From: an uncultured Cytophagia bacterium | Lineage (GTDB): Bacteria > Zhuqueibacterota > Zhuqueibacteria > Oceanimicrobiales > CAZGRP01 | Direction of reading: 5' to 3' | Assembly: GCA_964527995.1 (NCBI GenBank) | Contig: CAZGRP010000025.1 | Coordinates: 14,998 to 60,444 of the forward strand | Length of the DNA: 45,447 nucleotides | In this document: positions 34,692 through 43,630 of the stretch, piece after piece | Numbering within the stretch: position 1 is the first letter of the stretch | Layout of the letters: every line of letters starts with the position of its first letter | Position numbers and translations under genes: made by a program | Notes under the pieces: generated by a model | What the model saw: the letters and a program-made list of their open reading frames with translations, nothing else | What the model was told of the DNA's origin: nothing | The model's database searches: none

Positions 34692-36956
34692 ATGCGCCCT
34701 CGTCTGCCGTACCTCCCCGTCATCCTGCTCTACCTGCTCGTGTTTCCGTGGAAGGCTGAGGCAACCAATCCGCCCAACAAGGGTCGCTTTCCCAAGGGCT
34801 TCTGGACCTCTGTGCGTGGCGATAGCCTGCTGATGAGCTACGGAGACCCTGGGTGGGTCAAGAAAATGCAGCACCGCCGACAACTCCGGCTGGATATGGC
34901 ATTGGGAAAGGGCCTCGGCTACGCCCTGCAGTCCGACACCTTCTACGTGCCCGTGCTTCTCGGGCAGTACAGCGACAGCAGTGCCACCTTGCCAGCGCAG
35001 GACTTCCAGAATCTCCTGTTTGACAACAACCCCACGGGAACACTGACCGACTACTACGACGAGGTCTCCTACGGGCAGCTCCATGTCACCGGCACGGTCT
35101 ACGGCTGGTTCACGGTCGACAACGGTCAGTCCTATTACGCCAGCAACAACCACGGCCGCAACTCGAACTTCCCACAGAACGGCGCCGGCTTTGTGCGCGA
35201 CCTGGTAGCCAAAGCCGACCCGACCGTGGACTTCAGCCAGTTCGACAACGACGGCCCGGACGGCGTACCCAACTCGGGCGACGATGATGGCTTTGTGGAC
35301 GCTGTGATCGCCGTCTTCGCCGGCGCCGGAGCGGATTGGAAGCCGGCGAACGACAACCTGTGGCCTTTCCAGGGTTCACTGGGCAGCAATGCCTACACCA
35401 CCAACGACCCTTCGGCCAATGGCGGCATGATCAAGGTGAACACCTTCATCGTTTGCCCGGAAGAGGCGGGGAGCGGCAGCGGGAACAATCAGATCCGCCC
35501 CATCGGCGTTTTCGCTCACGAATTCGGCCATGTTCTCGGCCTCCCGGACCAGTACGACCGCACCGACGCCTCTGAGCCGCCGGACTATAACGATTCGGAA
35601 GGCCTTGGAGAGTGGTGCCTCATGGCTAGCGGCAGTTGGGGCGGCGACGGCAACCATTCCGAGAAGCCCGCCCACATGTGTGCCTGGGGCAAGATCCAGT
35701 TGGGATGGTTGACTCCGACCATCCTAACGCAGGACCGCAGCGGCCTGACCATCCCGCAAGTCGAGACCAACGCCTCGGCCTACCTTCTATGGGAAGATGG
35801 CTATCAGTGGAGTCGCTATTTCCTCCTGGAGAATCGCCAGAAGGTCGGCTTCGACCAGTACCTCAACGGTTCGGGGCTGTTGATCTACCACGTCGATGAG
35901 AACCGGCGCTGGGGACGTATCCGATGGTCTTCGGGCCCTGTGAACGACGACGAAACCCACAAGTTGATCGACCTCGAAGAAGCCGACGGTAGAGCGGACC
36001 TGGACAACAACATCAACCGGGGTGATGCCGGAGATCCCTTTCCAGGGACCACGAACAACCGTGCCTTCACCGATGCCACAACCCCGAACAGCCGCGACTA
36101 CGATGGCAACCCCACGGGCGTCGCCGTTACCAACATCAGCGATTCTGGGCCGACGATAACGGCGGATGTGAAGGTGCGTATGCCACTCGGCTACGCCCTC
36201 GTCTACGATGAAAACGGCATCACTGGATGGGGCTGGGGGTTCCAGAACCCCGCCGACAGTTGGGGTGGAGTGCGGTTCACCGCAACCAAGGCGGGAACGC
36301 TCGCCGCCCTGGATGTGGGCTTCCGGGCTTCCTCAACCGATTATGAGATCAAGGTTTACGACCGCCTGGCGGGATCCACACCACAGAACCTGCTGGCCAC
36401 TGTATCCGGCCACGCCGATGCTGCCGGATGGTATACCATCCCGATCCCCAGCAATACGGTTGCGCTCGGTGACAACGACGACTTTTTTGTCAGTCTGAAG
36501 ATCGCCAACAAAGCCTTCGCCATCTCCTACGACCCCTACGGCCCCAAGTCGATGCGCTCCTATTGGTCCCCCGATGGAGTGACTTTCGATAATTCGATCA
36601 GCACCAACTCCAGCGGGGGCGACATCAACATCCGAGCCCGTATCCGGACACAGACGACCACTGCAGTCGCGGATCGGGCTTCAGGCGGGCCGTACCGCTT
36701 CGATCTTCGGCAGAACTACCCGAACCCTTTCAACCCGGGCACTGAGATCCGCTATGAGCTGCCTGCTGCTGGAAAGGTCGTGCTGGAGGTCTATAACCTG
36801 CTCGGCCAGCGCGTCGCCACACTGGTGGACGAACCTCAAGCCGCCGGAGACCACGCGGTTCATTTCGAGCCCAGGAATCTGCCGAGTGGGATGTACATCT
36901 ATCGTTTGAAAGCAGGCCGGTACATAGAGTCGCGCAAGATGCTGTTGTTGCGGTAA
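34692..36956 (+). CDS. M6-family (immune-inhibitor-A-like) zinc metalloprotease with T9SS C-terminal sorting domain
   Basis: 754 aa. Signal peptide. 'VFAHEFGHVLGLPDQYD' HEXXH zincin motif in an InhA/M6-like context. C-terminal 'NYPNPFNPGTEIRYELPAAGKVVLEVYNLLGQRVATL...GMYIYRL' is a TIGR04183-type T9SS domain. Confidence 0.7.
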   Translation: MRPRLPYLPVILLYLLVFPWKAEATNPPNKGRFPKGFWTSVRGDSLLMSYGDPGWVKKMQHRRQLRLDMALGKGLGYALQSDTFYVPVLLGQYSDSSATLPAQDFQNLLFDNNPTGTLTDYYDEVSYGQLHVTGTVYGWFTVDNGQSYYASNNHGRNSNFPQNGAGFVRDLVAKADPTVDFSQFDNDGPDGVPNSGDDDGFVDAVIAVFAGAGADWKPANDNLWPFQGSLGSNAYTTNDPSANGGMIKVNTFIVCPEEAGSGSGNNQIRPIGVFAHEFGHVLGLPDQYDRTDASEPPDYNDSEGLGEWCLMASGSWGGDGNHSEKPAHMCAWGKIQLGWLTPTILTQDRSGLTIPQVETNASAYLLWEDGYQWSRYFLLENRQKVGFDQYLNGSGLLIYHVDENRRWGRIRWSSGPVNDDETHKLIDLEEADGRADLDNNINRGDAGDPFPGTTNNRAFTDATTPNSRDYDGNPTGVAVTNISDSGPTITADVKVRMPLGYALVYDENGITGWGWGFQNPADSWGGVRFTATKAGTLAALDVGFRASSTDYEIKVYDRLAGSTPQNLLATVSGHADAAGWYTIPIPSNTVALGDNDDFFVSLKIANKAFAISYDPYGPKSMRSYWSPDGVTFDNSISTNSSGGDINIRARIRTQTTTAVADRASGGPYRFDLRQNYPNPFNPGTEIRYELPAAGKVVLEVYNLLGQRVATLVDEPQAAGDHAVHFEPRNLPSGMYIYRLKAGRYIESRKMLLLR

Positions 36957-37043
36957 TCAGAAATCGATGCGCTGCAAGAGCCTTCCGGCGATCTGCGGCA
37001 TTGCGGCGGGACGATGCCGCCGGGGAGGGCACCTCGAAATGAA

Positions 37044-37077
37044 AACGGCCCTACCTCACAACAGAGGCAGGGCCGTT
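37044..37077. terminator. strong GC-rich hairpin (AACGGCCCT-acctcacaacagaggc-AGGGCCGTT, extendable by CCTC/GAGG). Candidate bidirectional terminator between the convergent M6 protease (+) and small HTH gene (-).
   Basis: 9-bp perfect stem read directly. On the minus strand it is followed by TTTTCATTTCG (U-rich). It lies 88 bp after the M6 stop and 29 bp after the HTH-gene stop. Confidence 0.55.
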
Positions 37078-37105
37078 CCGCTTCAAAACCGGAAGCCTGC
37101 GCGCA

Positions 37106-37411
37106 TCATCTCCCCAGGATATCGTGCCTTCTGAGACCGGCGTAGTCGATCAGCCGCCAGAGAATCTGCGTCACCACCTGGTGGCACCTCTGCCGGGTGA
37201 GGCCGCGGCTTTCGCCGATCTCGGCGTAGGTCTTGCCGGCGAAGGCATACTCCTCGAAAATCTCCAGATTGCGTTGAACGTTCCGAGTGAACCCCCACAA
37301 CGCTTTCTCTGAGGTTTCCTGAGAGCCGCCCCTTTGCAGCCGGCGGTATTCCTTCTTGCAGATCTCGAACTCTTTCTGTGTCAAGCCGTAGGGTGGCCGT
37401 CTGCGGTTCAT
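37106..37411 (-). CDS. small stand-alone sigma-70 region-4-like HTH protein
   Basis: 101 aa from ATG 37411; the longer ORF-track version overlaps the tRNA and is rejected. 'AGKTYAEIGESRGLTRQRCHQVVTQILWRL' resembles sigma-70 region 4 / LuxR-type HTH. Lys-rich, lower-GC region, no clear SD. Followed by a strong terminator hairpin. Confidence 0.35.
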   Translation of the reverse strand: MNRRRPPYGLTQKEFEICKKEYRRLQRGGSQETSEKALWGFTRNVQRNLEIFEEYAFAGKTYAEIGESRGLTRQRCHQVVTQILWRLIDYAGLRRHDILGR

Positions 37412-37529
37412 CTTTGCCGAGAGAGGATGTTCGACAACGGGGCAGAAAGAAGAAGCAGCGACGTGTCCGCCGCCACAGTTTCGGGCATGATCCAGGTCGC
37501 TGCTGGCAGAGCTTCCAGGCGCGACTTCC

Positions 37530-37617
37530 GTGGTGCCGGGGGCGGGACTCGAACCCGCACGGGGGTGAACCCCACTGGATTTTGAGTCCAGCGCGTCTAC
37601 CAGTTCCACCACCCCGG
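37530..37617 (-). tRNA. tRNA-Leu (anticodon CAA), class II with long variable arm, CCA encoded
   Basis: Reverse complement folds as a cloverleaf. Acceptor stem GCCGGGG/CCCCGGC. Anticodon stem CTGGA/TCCAG with loop CTCAAAA. Variable arm TGGGGTTCACCCCCGT. T-arm GCGGG-TTCGAGT-CCCGC. 3' ACCA. Confidence 0.85.
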
Positions 37618-37629
37618 CAAATGCAGTGC

Positions 37630-37658
37630 AAAATTACGCAATGGCGGAAACAATGTCA
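37630..37658 (-). promoter_or_regulatory. near-consensus sigma70 promoter for tRNA-Leu (TTGACA 37658..37653, 17 bp spacer, TAATTT 37635..37630; tRNA 5' end 12 nt downstream)
   Basis: Read directly on the minus strand immediately upstream of the tRNA. Confidence 0.55.
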
Positions 37659-37847
37659 AGTGCCAATCGACGCAATTGCCAGCAAATCGAGTGCCTCCTC
37701 GTGCGCCACCCCGCACGCCTGACCTCAACCACCTGCCAGCAGAAAATCTGTGACCGCCCTCCCCGCCCACGCGATGACCGCAGCGGCTCTCCTGCATCTA
37801 TGGCTGAATCGCTCCGCGCAAAATCGCAGCCTGAGATCTCCCCAAAA

Positions 37848-39023
37848 CTACAATGAAGCCAGCTCCCGGTTCAGGTCACCGGTTTCAAAGCGCTTGAGCG
37901 CAAAGGGCGACAGGTCCAGGCTCTCCGCCCGCCCAGTGGCGATCCACTCGCTGAGCAGCAGGCCGACCGCCGGACTATGCATGACGCCATGGCCCCCGAG
38001 CCCCGTAGCCAAGAGGAACCCGCCCACTCCTGATTCGCCTAAGATGGCGTGGTGATCGGGCGTATCGGGGTAGAGTCCGGCCCAGCATCTGGAAAAGTCG
38101 ATGCCGGCCTCCATCAGCCGAGGAAAACGCGTCTCGACCTTCGGCGCAATGCGCTCGATGAAGTCGGGATCGAAGCGAGCATCGAACCCGGCCGGCTCAT
38201 TCGGGTCGGTCCACGCCAGGGCGCACCCCCTGCCCTCGCGGCGCACCAGCAGGCCAGTGTCCATGTCGATCGTCATCGGGATGCGTCGCGGCCAGTCGGG
38301 GGTGGGCCCGGTGACCGCGATGTTGCTGCGGATCGGCCTGACCGGAAGGTCGACTCCCGCCCAGCCAGCCACTTGGCGGGCGAAGGGGCCGGCCGCATTC
38401 ACGACCCAGGAGGCAGCAATGGAGCCGCGGTCGGTTTCGACACCGACGACGCGGCGTCCTGAGAAAATCAGTCCCGTCGCCCGAGTTCGCGACAGCATCA
38501 CCGCCCCTTTGTTGAGCGCGCGCGTGTAGAAGGCGTTGGTCAGTCCGCCAGGATCGATGAAGCCGTCTCGGGCCCCGAAGCTACCACCCACCAGGTCATC
38601 GGTGCGGCAATAGGCCAACCGGTCACGAAGTTCCTGGGCTGAGAGCAGATCGACTGCCACACCGAGGTGGCGCTGGAAGGAAACGGCGCGTCGAAGTTGG
38701 TCGAAGGTTGGTTTGGCAGCGGTCAGGAACAGGTAACCGGCTTTGAGGTAGCCGGACTGTTCCCGCATCTCATCCTCCATGGAATCCAGCTGGTCCATGG
38801 ACAGCAGCGACATGCGGATGTTGGCCGCAGTCGTGAATTGAGCACGAATACCGCCGTTGGCCTTGCTGGTGGAGCCGGTTCCGGGGAAATCCTCCTTTTC
38901 GATCAGCACCACCCGCGTGATGCCGCGCTGGCACAGAAAGTAGGCGATGCTGCATCCAATCACCCCGGCGCCGATGATGGCTACGTCTGCTTGCTGCACG
39001 AACGTCAAATCTCTTCCTCTCAC
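37848..39023 (-). CDS. FAD-dependent oxidoreductase (DAO / glycine-oxidase / sarcosine-oxidase-beta-like)
   Basis: 391 aa. 'DVAIIGAGVIGCSIAYFL' dinucleotide-binding motif, 'GYLFL' and DAO-fold C-terminal region. Confidence 0.7.
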   Translation of the reverse strand: MRGRDLTFVQQADVAIIGAGVIGCSIAYFLCQRGITRVVLIEKEDFPGTGSTSKANGGIRAQFTTAANIRMSLLSMDQLDSMEDEMREQSGYLKAGYLFLTAAKPTFDQLRRAVSFQRHLGVAVDLLSAQELRDRLAYCRTDDLVGGSFGARDGFIDPGGLTNAFYTRALNKGAVMLSRTRATGLIFSGRRVVGVETDRGSIAASWVVNAAGPFARQVAGWAGVDLPVRPIRSNIAVTGPTPDWPRRIPMTIDMDTGLLVRREGRGCALAWTDPNEPAGFDARFDPDFIERIAPKVETRFPRLMEAGIDFSRCWAGLYPDTPDHHAILGESGVGGFLLATGLGGHGVMHSPAVGLLLSEWIATGRAESLDLSPFALKRFETGDLNRELASL

Positions 39024-39068
39024 GTCGTCACGCTCGCTCGAAGCCCGGCGCCAGCCGCCTCGCTGGTG

Positions 39069-39986
39069 TCAGTCGAGAAGCTTGGCCTGGCGCAACCACT
39101 CCAGTCCGCGGCGCGCTTCAGCAGCGCTCTCCTGCGACCGCAGTTCGACGACGCGCAGCGCCCCAGGAGGCAGCATCTTGGCGATCTTGCTGAAGTCGAT
39201 TTCACCCTTGCCGGGAGCGAGATGATCGGTGCTTCCTTTGGCGTCGTGGAGATGCACGCCGACGAGCTGGTCCCTGTAGGCAGCCAGATAGTCCTGTTGA
39301 GAAGCAAGCCCAAGCTTTTCCGACACGTGGGCGTGCCCGGTGTCGTGCCAGTAGGCCACCGGCGCGCCTTCGAAGTAGCGGAGCAGGAGACCCACTTCCT
39401 CGAAACTGGGGATCTCCTCGAGATAGAGCCGGTTCTCCACCCCGAGCACGACTCCCTGCCTCTCAGCCGCCGGAATCAGCGCCTCGAGACTGAAGAGCAC
39501 CGCGTCGACAAAAGGCTGTTTTTTCCTCTCACGTTCCAGGCGGGCCCTGGTGAGGTAGGCCTGCACTTTCTCGTCCTGCACCAGCCCGTGATCGATCGCT
39601 TCCTTCAGCCGGGCGCCGTCGACCTCCATCTCCACTCGCCCGAGATGAAGCACCACCGCTTTCGCCTCGAGGGCGTTGGCCAGCTCGATGGTTCGCTGGG
39701 TCAGTTTCACACCCGTGGCGCGGTGCTCCGAATCGACGCTGGAGAGGAAGAAAAGATCCCCGGAGGCCTCCTCAGGCGAGAATTCCGGTGGCAGCGGAAA
39801 GTAGTTATGCAGGCTGACCACGGACACTCCTCGCTGGCGCAGCAGCGGGCGCATTTCCACAAAGGTCTTCTCGGTGATGCGGTAGTCCAGCTCGAGGGCT
39901 CGAACGCCGAGGCGCTGGATTTCATCGAGCAGCTTTGCGGCGGAGCGAATCCGGGAAGAAGACCAGCTTGTGGACATGCCCCACAT
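39069..39986 (-). CDS. sugar-phosphate isomerase/epimerase (xylose-isomerase-like TIM barrel, AP-endonuclease-2 fold)
   Basis: 305 aa. 'LGVRALELDY', 'AKAVVLHLG', 'HLHDAKGSTDHLAPGKGEIDF' metal-site blocks typical of the family. Confidence 0.65.
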   Translation of the reverse strand: MWGMSTSWSSSRIRSAAKLLDEIQRLGVRALELDYRITEKTFVEMRPLLRQRGVSVVSLHNYFPLPPEFSPEEASGDLFFLSSVDSEHRATGVKLTQRTIELANALEAKAVVLHLGRVEMEVDGARLKEAIDHGLVQDEKVQAYLTRARLERERKKQPFVDAVLFSLEALIPAAERQGVVLGVENRLYLEEIPSFEEVGLLLRYFEGAPVAYWHDTGHAHVSEKLGLASQQDYLAAYRDQLVGVHLHDAKGSTDHLAPGKGEIDFSKIAKMLPPGALRVVELRSQESAAEARRGLEWLRQAKLLD

Positions 39987-40068
39987 CTTCTATCTCCAGG
40001 GTAGTAGCAGCTATGCGGTCGGGTTAGCGATCCAGAGAGGTTCCTGCGGTCTCAGAGCACCGGACGGA

Positions 40069-41337
40069 TCAGCGGGTACTGCCAGGCTGTCCACTTTGGG
40101 CTTCGTTTGAGTCCGCCAGCGCTTCTCTCTGCTCCCAGATCTTCTCGATGGCGCGGACGATGTCGTGCATGTCCTCGAGTTCGCCGAGGAGCACGCTCTG
40201 TGTCAGCCAGACGGCCTGTTCGTTGCATGCAGCCTCGGTGTTGGGAAGATCGATGTCGCGGTAGTCGACGCCCACGTCGAGCGCGGCGCCACGCGAACCG
40301 AAGGCACGGTTCTGGAAGAGAGGTTGCCGGTATAGCGGCAGCGTGTACCCGGGGCTGGCAGGAATACCCTCGGCCCGCAGTGCCTTGATGAAGCGTTGTT
40401 TCGGAACACCGTCAAAGGTCTCCGAGTCATAGCGGAAGATGTAGAGATGGTGGGCGTGGCGGGTCACTCTTTCATCTGGTGGCAACGGCCCAATGCCGGG
40501 AAGTTCAGACAGAGCGCGGTCCAGAAAACGGGCGTTTGCCTGGCGCCGCTGGCGCATGGGCTCATAGCGGTCGAGCTGCACATTCAGGACGGCGGCTTGA
40601 AACTCTGTCATGCGAAAGTTGCCACCGAGATAGTGGTGCTCGTACCAGGCCCCCTCGGTCGTGCGACCACAATTGGAGTAGGAGCGCGCGAACTGCGCCA
40701 CGCTGTCGTCATTGGTGAGGATAATGCCACCCTCTCCAGCGGTAATATTCTTGGACGATTGAAAACTGAAACCAGCGGCAGTGCCGAAGGTGCCTACCGG
40801 CTTCTCTTTCCACGCCGCGCCCCACGCCTGTGCAGCGTCCTCCACCACAATCCACCCATGCCGCCCGGCCACCGCCGCAAGACCATCCCAATTCACCGGG
40901 CGGCCGCCGAAGTGGACTGGCATCACCGCTCGGGTCTGCGGAGTCGACCGGCGCTCAGCATCCTCCGGGTCCAAATTGAAGGTGTCGAGTTCGATATCGG
41001 CAAAGATGGGAACCGCACCGGCATCGAGGACGGCGGTGGCTGTGGCCACGAAGGTGTAGGCCGGCACGACAACGTGGTCGCCGCGCCCTATGCCGGCGGC
41101 CTGCAAGGCGATGCGCAGGGCGGTTGTACCGCTATTCACACAGATGCCAAAGCGCGCTTCATGCATGCCAGCAAAGCGCTCCTCGAAATGCCGCACTCGC
41201 GTGCCTTGACGCATGCCCCACTGGCCACTGCGAACCACATCCGTCAGGGCATCGATTTCCTCCTGTCCCCAAACCGGCCAGGACGGAAAGGGGTTCTTGC
41301 GGATCGGTTTACCTCCCAGAATCGCCAGACGGCTCAT
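40069..41337 (-). CDS. DegT/DnrJ/EryC1/StrS-family PLP-dependent sugar aminotransferase (paralog 2)
   Basis: 422 aa. 'VVVPAYTFVATA', 'FSFQSSKNITAGEGG', 'PVHFGG'. ATG at 41337 directly abuts the stop of the upstream class-V PLP gene. Confidence 0.8.
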   Translation of the reverse strand: MSRLAILGGKPIRKNPFPSWPVWGQEEIDALTDVVRSGQWGMRQGTRVRHFEERFAGMHEARFGICVNSGTTALRIALQAAGIGRGDHVVVPAYTFVATATAVLDAGAVPIFADIELDTFNLDPEDAERRSTPQTRAVMPVHFGGRPVNWDGLAAVAGRHGWIVVEDAAQAWGAAWKEKPVGTFGTAAGFSFQSSKNITAGEGGIILTNDDSVAQFARSYSNCGRTTEGAWYEHHYLGGNFRMTEFQAAVLNVQLDRYEPMRQRRQANARFLDRALSELPGIGPLPPDERVTRHAHHLYIFRYDSETFDGVPKQRFIKALRAEGIPASPGYTLPLYRQPLFQNRAFGSRGAALDVGVDYRDIDLPNTEAACNEQAVWLTQSVLLGELEDMHDIVRAIEKIWEQREALADSNEAQSGQPGSTR

Positions 41338-42678
41338 CTAACTCTCCCCTGCAATTTGTTTGACGGCCTCCAGAAGGCGGTCCACCTCGTCCTCGTTGTT
41401 GTATACATGGAGTGATATGCGCACAGCATTCAGATTGTGCTCGCTGACCGGCCGAACGCGCATCTTGAATTCCTTCCCCAGCCGCTGAACGATCTTGCTG
41501 TGGTCTTGTTCGATCACTCGAAACGTGACAATGGAGGCCGAATCGCTGTCGCTGGTCGGCGTCAATAGCTGCACCCGCGGAATCCCGGCCAGCCCTGTTT
41601 TGAGTCGATGGGCCAGACTGCGGCCGTGGGCCTGGAGCCGGTCCATGCCGATCATTTGCAGAAAGTCAACCGCCGTGGCCAGTCCCAGCGGCAGGGCGAC
41701 ATTGCGTGTGCCGTACTCGGTGGAGACGGCATCGTCGCGGTACTCCAATTCCAGCCGGTCGAGATCATAGACGGTGTTCGAATAGGCGCCGACGAAGGTC
41801 GGTCTGAACACGCCAGCCATCCGCCGGGAAACATACACCACCCCGGTCCCCTTCGGCCCCAGCATCCACTTGTGGCCGCTGCTGGTATAGAAGTCGCACC
41901 CCAGGTCGTGCAAATCCACCGGCACCATGCCCAGCACCTGGGCTCCGTCGATCGCGGTGAAGATGCCTTTGGAACGAGCCAACTCGCAAACCTGTTTGAT
42001 GGGCAACACCTGGCCGAGCGTCATGGTGATGTGGCTGATGGCGAGAACGCGGGTTCGCGGCGTAAGCATCTTTTCGATGCGATCAAGGGTCTCGGCCGCG
42101 TCCTTCCCCGGTTCGAAGAGCCGGACGCGCAGGCCATCGTCTTTGGCGCGTCCCAGCCACGGCATGGCACCGCCGGGGTGTTCGTGAGTGGTCATGAGGA
42201 TCTCATCGCCCGGCTTCAGCGGCACCCCGCGCGCGATGATGTTCATTCCCTCGGTTGCATTGCGGGTGAAGGCGATCTCGGTCGGATCGGCGCCGACAAA
42301 AGATGCGACCTTCTGTCGGGCCTCTTCGAAACGATGATGCTCGGTCTCCGAAATGCGATTGATCTCCGTAGAAACCTGGTGAACCGTGTCCAGCACCACG
42401 AAGGGAGAAGGCCCCAGCCCGCCGGTGTTGAAGTAGGCGCGATCGTGGGTCAGCGGGAACGATTCACGCACCGCACGCCAGAATCGCAGGTCGTCATGGT
42501 CAGCCGAACCGAGTTCGGCAAGGCCGGAAAGGCCCTCCCGGCGCCTGGCAGGCGCACCCCAGACGCGGCTCCATGGCATGAGCGACGCAAGAACAGCCCC
42601 CTGTAGACCCCGAGCAAAGAACCTTCGGCGAGAAATCGAACGCATTCCGATAGACCTCCGCGATTGGATAGGGTTCAA
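41338..42678 (-). CDS. Tat-exported class-V aminotransferase-fold PLP enzyme (cysteine-desulfurase / isopenicillin-N-epimerase-like)
   Basis: 446 aa. Twin-arginine signal 'SRRRFFARGLQGAVLASLMPWSRVWGAPA'. 'AYFNTGGLGP', 'TTHEHPG', 'SSGHKWMLGPKG' (PLP-lysine) class-V blocks. Confidence 0.65.
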   Translation of the reverse strand: MNPIQSRRSIGMRSISRRRFFARGLQGAVLASLMPWSRVWGAPARRREGLSGLAELGSADHDDLRFWRAVRESFPLTHDRAYFNTGGLGPSPFVVLDTVHQVSTEINRISETEHHRFEEARQKVASFVGADPTEIAFTRNATEGMNIIARGVPLKPGDEILMTTHEHPGGAMPWLGRAKDDGLRVRLFEPGKDAAETLDRIEKMLTPRTRVLAISHITMTLGQVLPIKQVCELARSKGIFTAIDGAQVLGMVPVDLHDLGCDFYTSSGHKWMLGPKGTGVVYVSRRMAGVFRPTFVGAYSNTVYDLDRLELEYRDDAVSTEYGTRNVALPLGLATAVDFLQMIGMDRLQAHGRSLAHRLKTGLAGIPRVQLLTPTSDSDSASIVTFRVIEQDHSKIVQRLGKEFKMRVRPVSEHNLNAVRISLHVYNNEDEVDRLLEAVKQIAGES

Positions 42679-42681
42679 CGA

Positions 42682-43614
42682 TCAGGATGCCGACAGGTCG
42701 TCCGGCGCCTGTGGGTGCTGCTGGATGAAGTACTCCAGGTCTGCGATGGTATAGACAGGAGCCCCACCCCAGAGCGTGGCATTGAAGGCGCCGACGTAGT
42801 TGGCGAAAGCGGCGATCTCCGCTAGAGTGCCGCCCTGAAGATATTTTGTGATCAGACCCGCTGCGAAAGCATCGCCGCAACCCGTGGTGTCCACAGGATC
42901 GACCTCGATTCCGTGGACGCGCACGTGCTCATCCGGACTGTGGAGCTCGCAGCCGTCCGATCCATAGGTGATGGCCAGGAGTTTGAGTTCGTAGGTTTCG
43001 AGGAGATAGTCCAGGAACTCTGCCCGGCGCAAACCACTGCCGGGCAGGATGTCACGCAACCGATCCGCCTCCTCGCCGTTCAGCTTCAGGATGTCGGCGA
43101 GCGGCAGCGACTCTTTGACGATGTGGCGAGTGGCACCGTCCCAACTGCGCAGGTTGGGGTCGAAAATCTTTACCGCCTGCTTCGCCGCGGTCAGGAAGCT
43201 GCGGATGGTGTTGCGGGCGACAGGGCCCCGCTGCGCCAGTGTTCCGAAGAGCACGGCGTCGCACGTCGTCGCCAGGCGCTCAAGCTGCGAATCGAACTCG
43301 ACGTAATCGAACGCGACGTTCTCCGAACAGCGAAAGCTCGGCACGCCCTTGATGTCGAGCGACACGATCACGGTGCCGGTTCCGTTCTTCCGGTCAACCT
43401 GGATGTAGTCGGTCGGCACGCCGCGGTTGCGCAAAGTGTCGATCAGCTCCTGCCCCATGCCATCGTCGCCCACCCGGCTGACGACGATGCCGTGGTTGCC
43501 CAGCTGGCGGGCGTGAATGGCGAAGTTGGCCGGCGCCCCGCCCAGATGCTTCTCGTTCTGGTAGATGTCCCACAGCACCTCGCCGATGCCGACGACAACC
43601 TTTCCCTGTGCCAA
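42682..43614 (-). CDS. PfkB-family carbohydrate kinase (KdgK / fructokinase-like)
   Basis: ORF 42682..43668 (-); the long form would overlap the M50 gene. Start placed at TTG 43614 with GAGGGA upstream. 'KVVVGIGEVLWD', 'GGAPANFA', 'DTTGCGDAFAAGL' PfkB signatures. Confidence 0.7.
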   Translation of the reverse strand: MAQGKVVVGIGEVLWDIYQNEKHLGGAPANFAIHARQLGNHGIVVSRVGDDGMGQELIDTLRNRGVPTDYIQVDRKNGTGTVIVSLDIKGVPSFRCSENVAFDYVEFDSQLERLATTCDAVLFGTLAQRGPVARNTIRSFLTAAKQAVKIFDPNLRSWDGATRHIVKESLPLADILKLNGEEADRLRDILPGSGLRRAEFLDYLLETYELKLLAITYGSDGCELHSPDEHVRVHGIEVDPVDTTGCGDAFAAGLITKYLQGGTLAEIAAFANYVGAFNATLWGGAPVYTIADLEYFIQQHPQAPDDLSAS

Positions 43615-43630
43615 GAGATCCCTCGTCCGG

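Noticed and set aside
37083-37631. ORFs 37083-37631 (-) and the N-terminal 67 codons of 37106-37612 (-)
   Set aside because: They run through the tRNA-Leu gene (37530-37617). Only the portion from ATG 37411 downward can be coding.
37412-37847. Possible integrative element at the tRNA-Leu locus
   Set aside because: No integrase, recombinase or direct repeat of the tRNA 3' end was found in the flanking 2 kb on either side. The GGGTCGAGTCAC similarity to the tRNA T-arm at 33921-33932 is short and likely coincidental.
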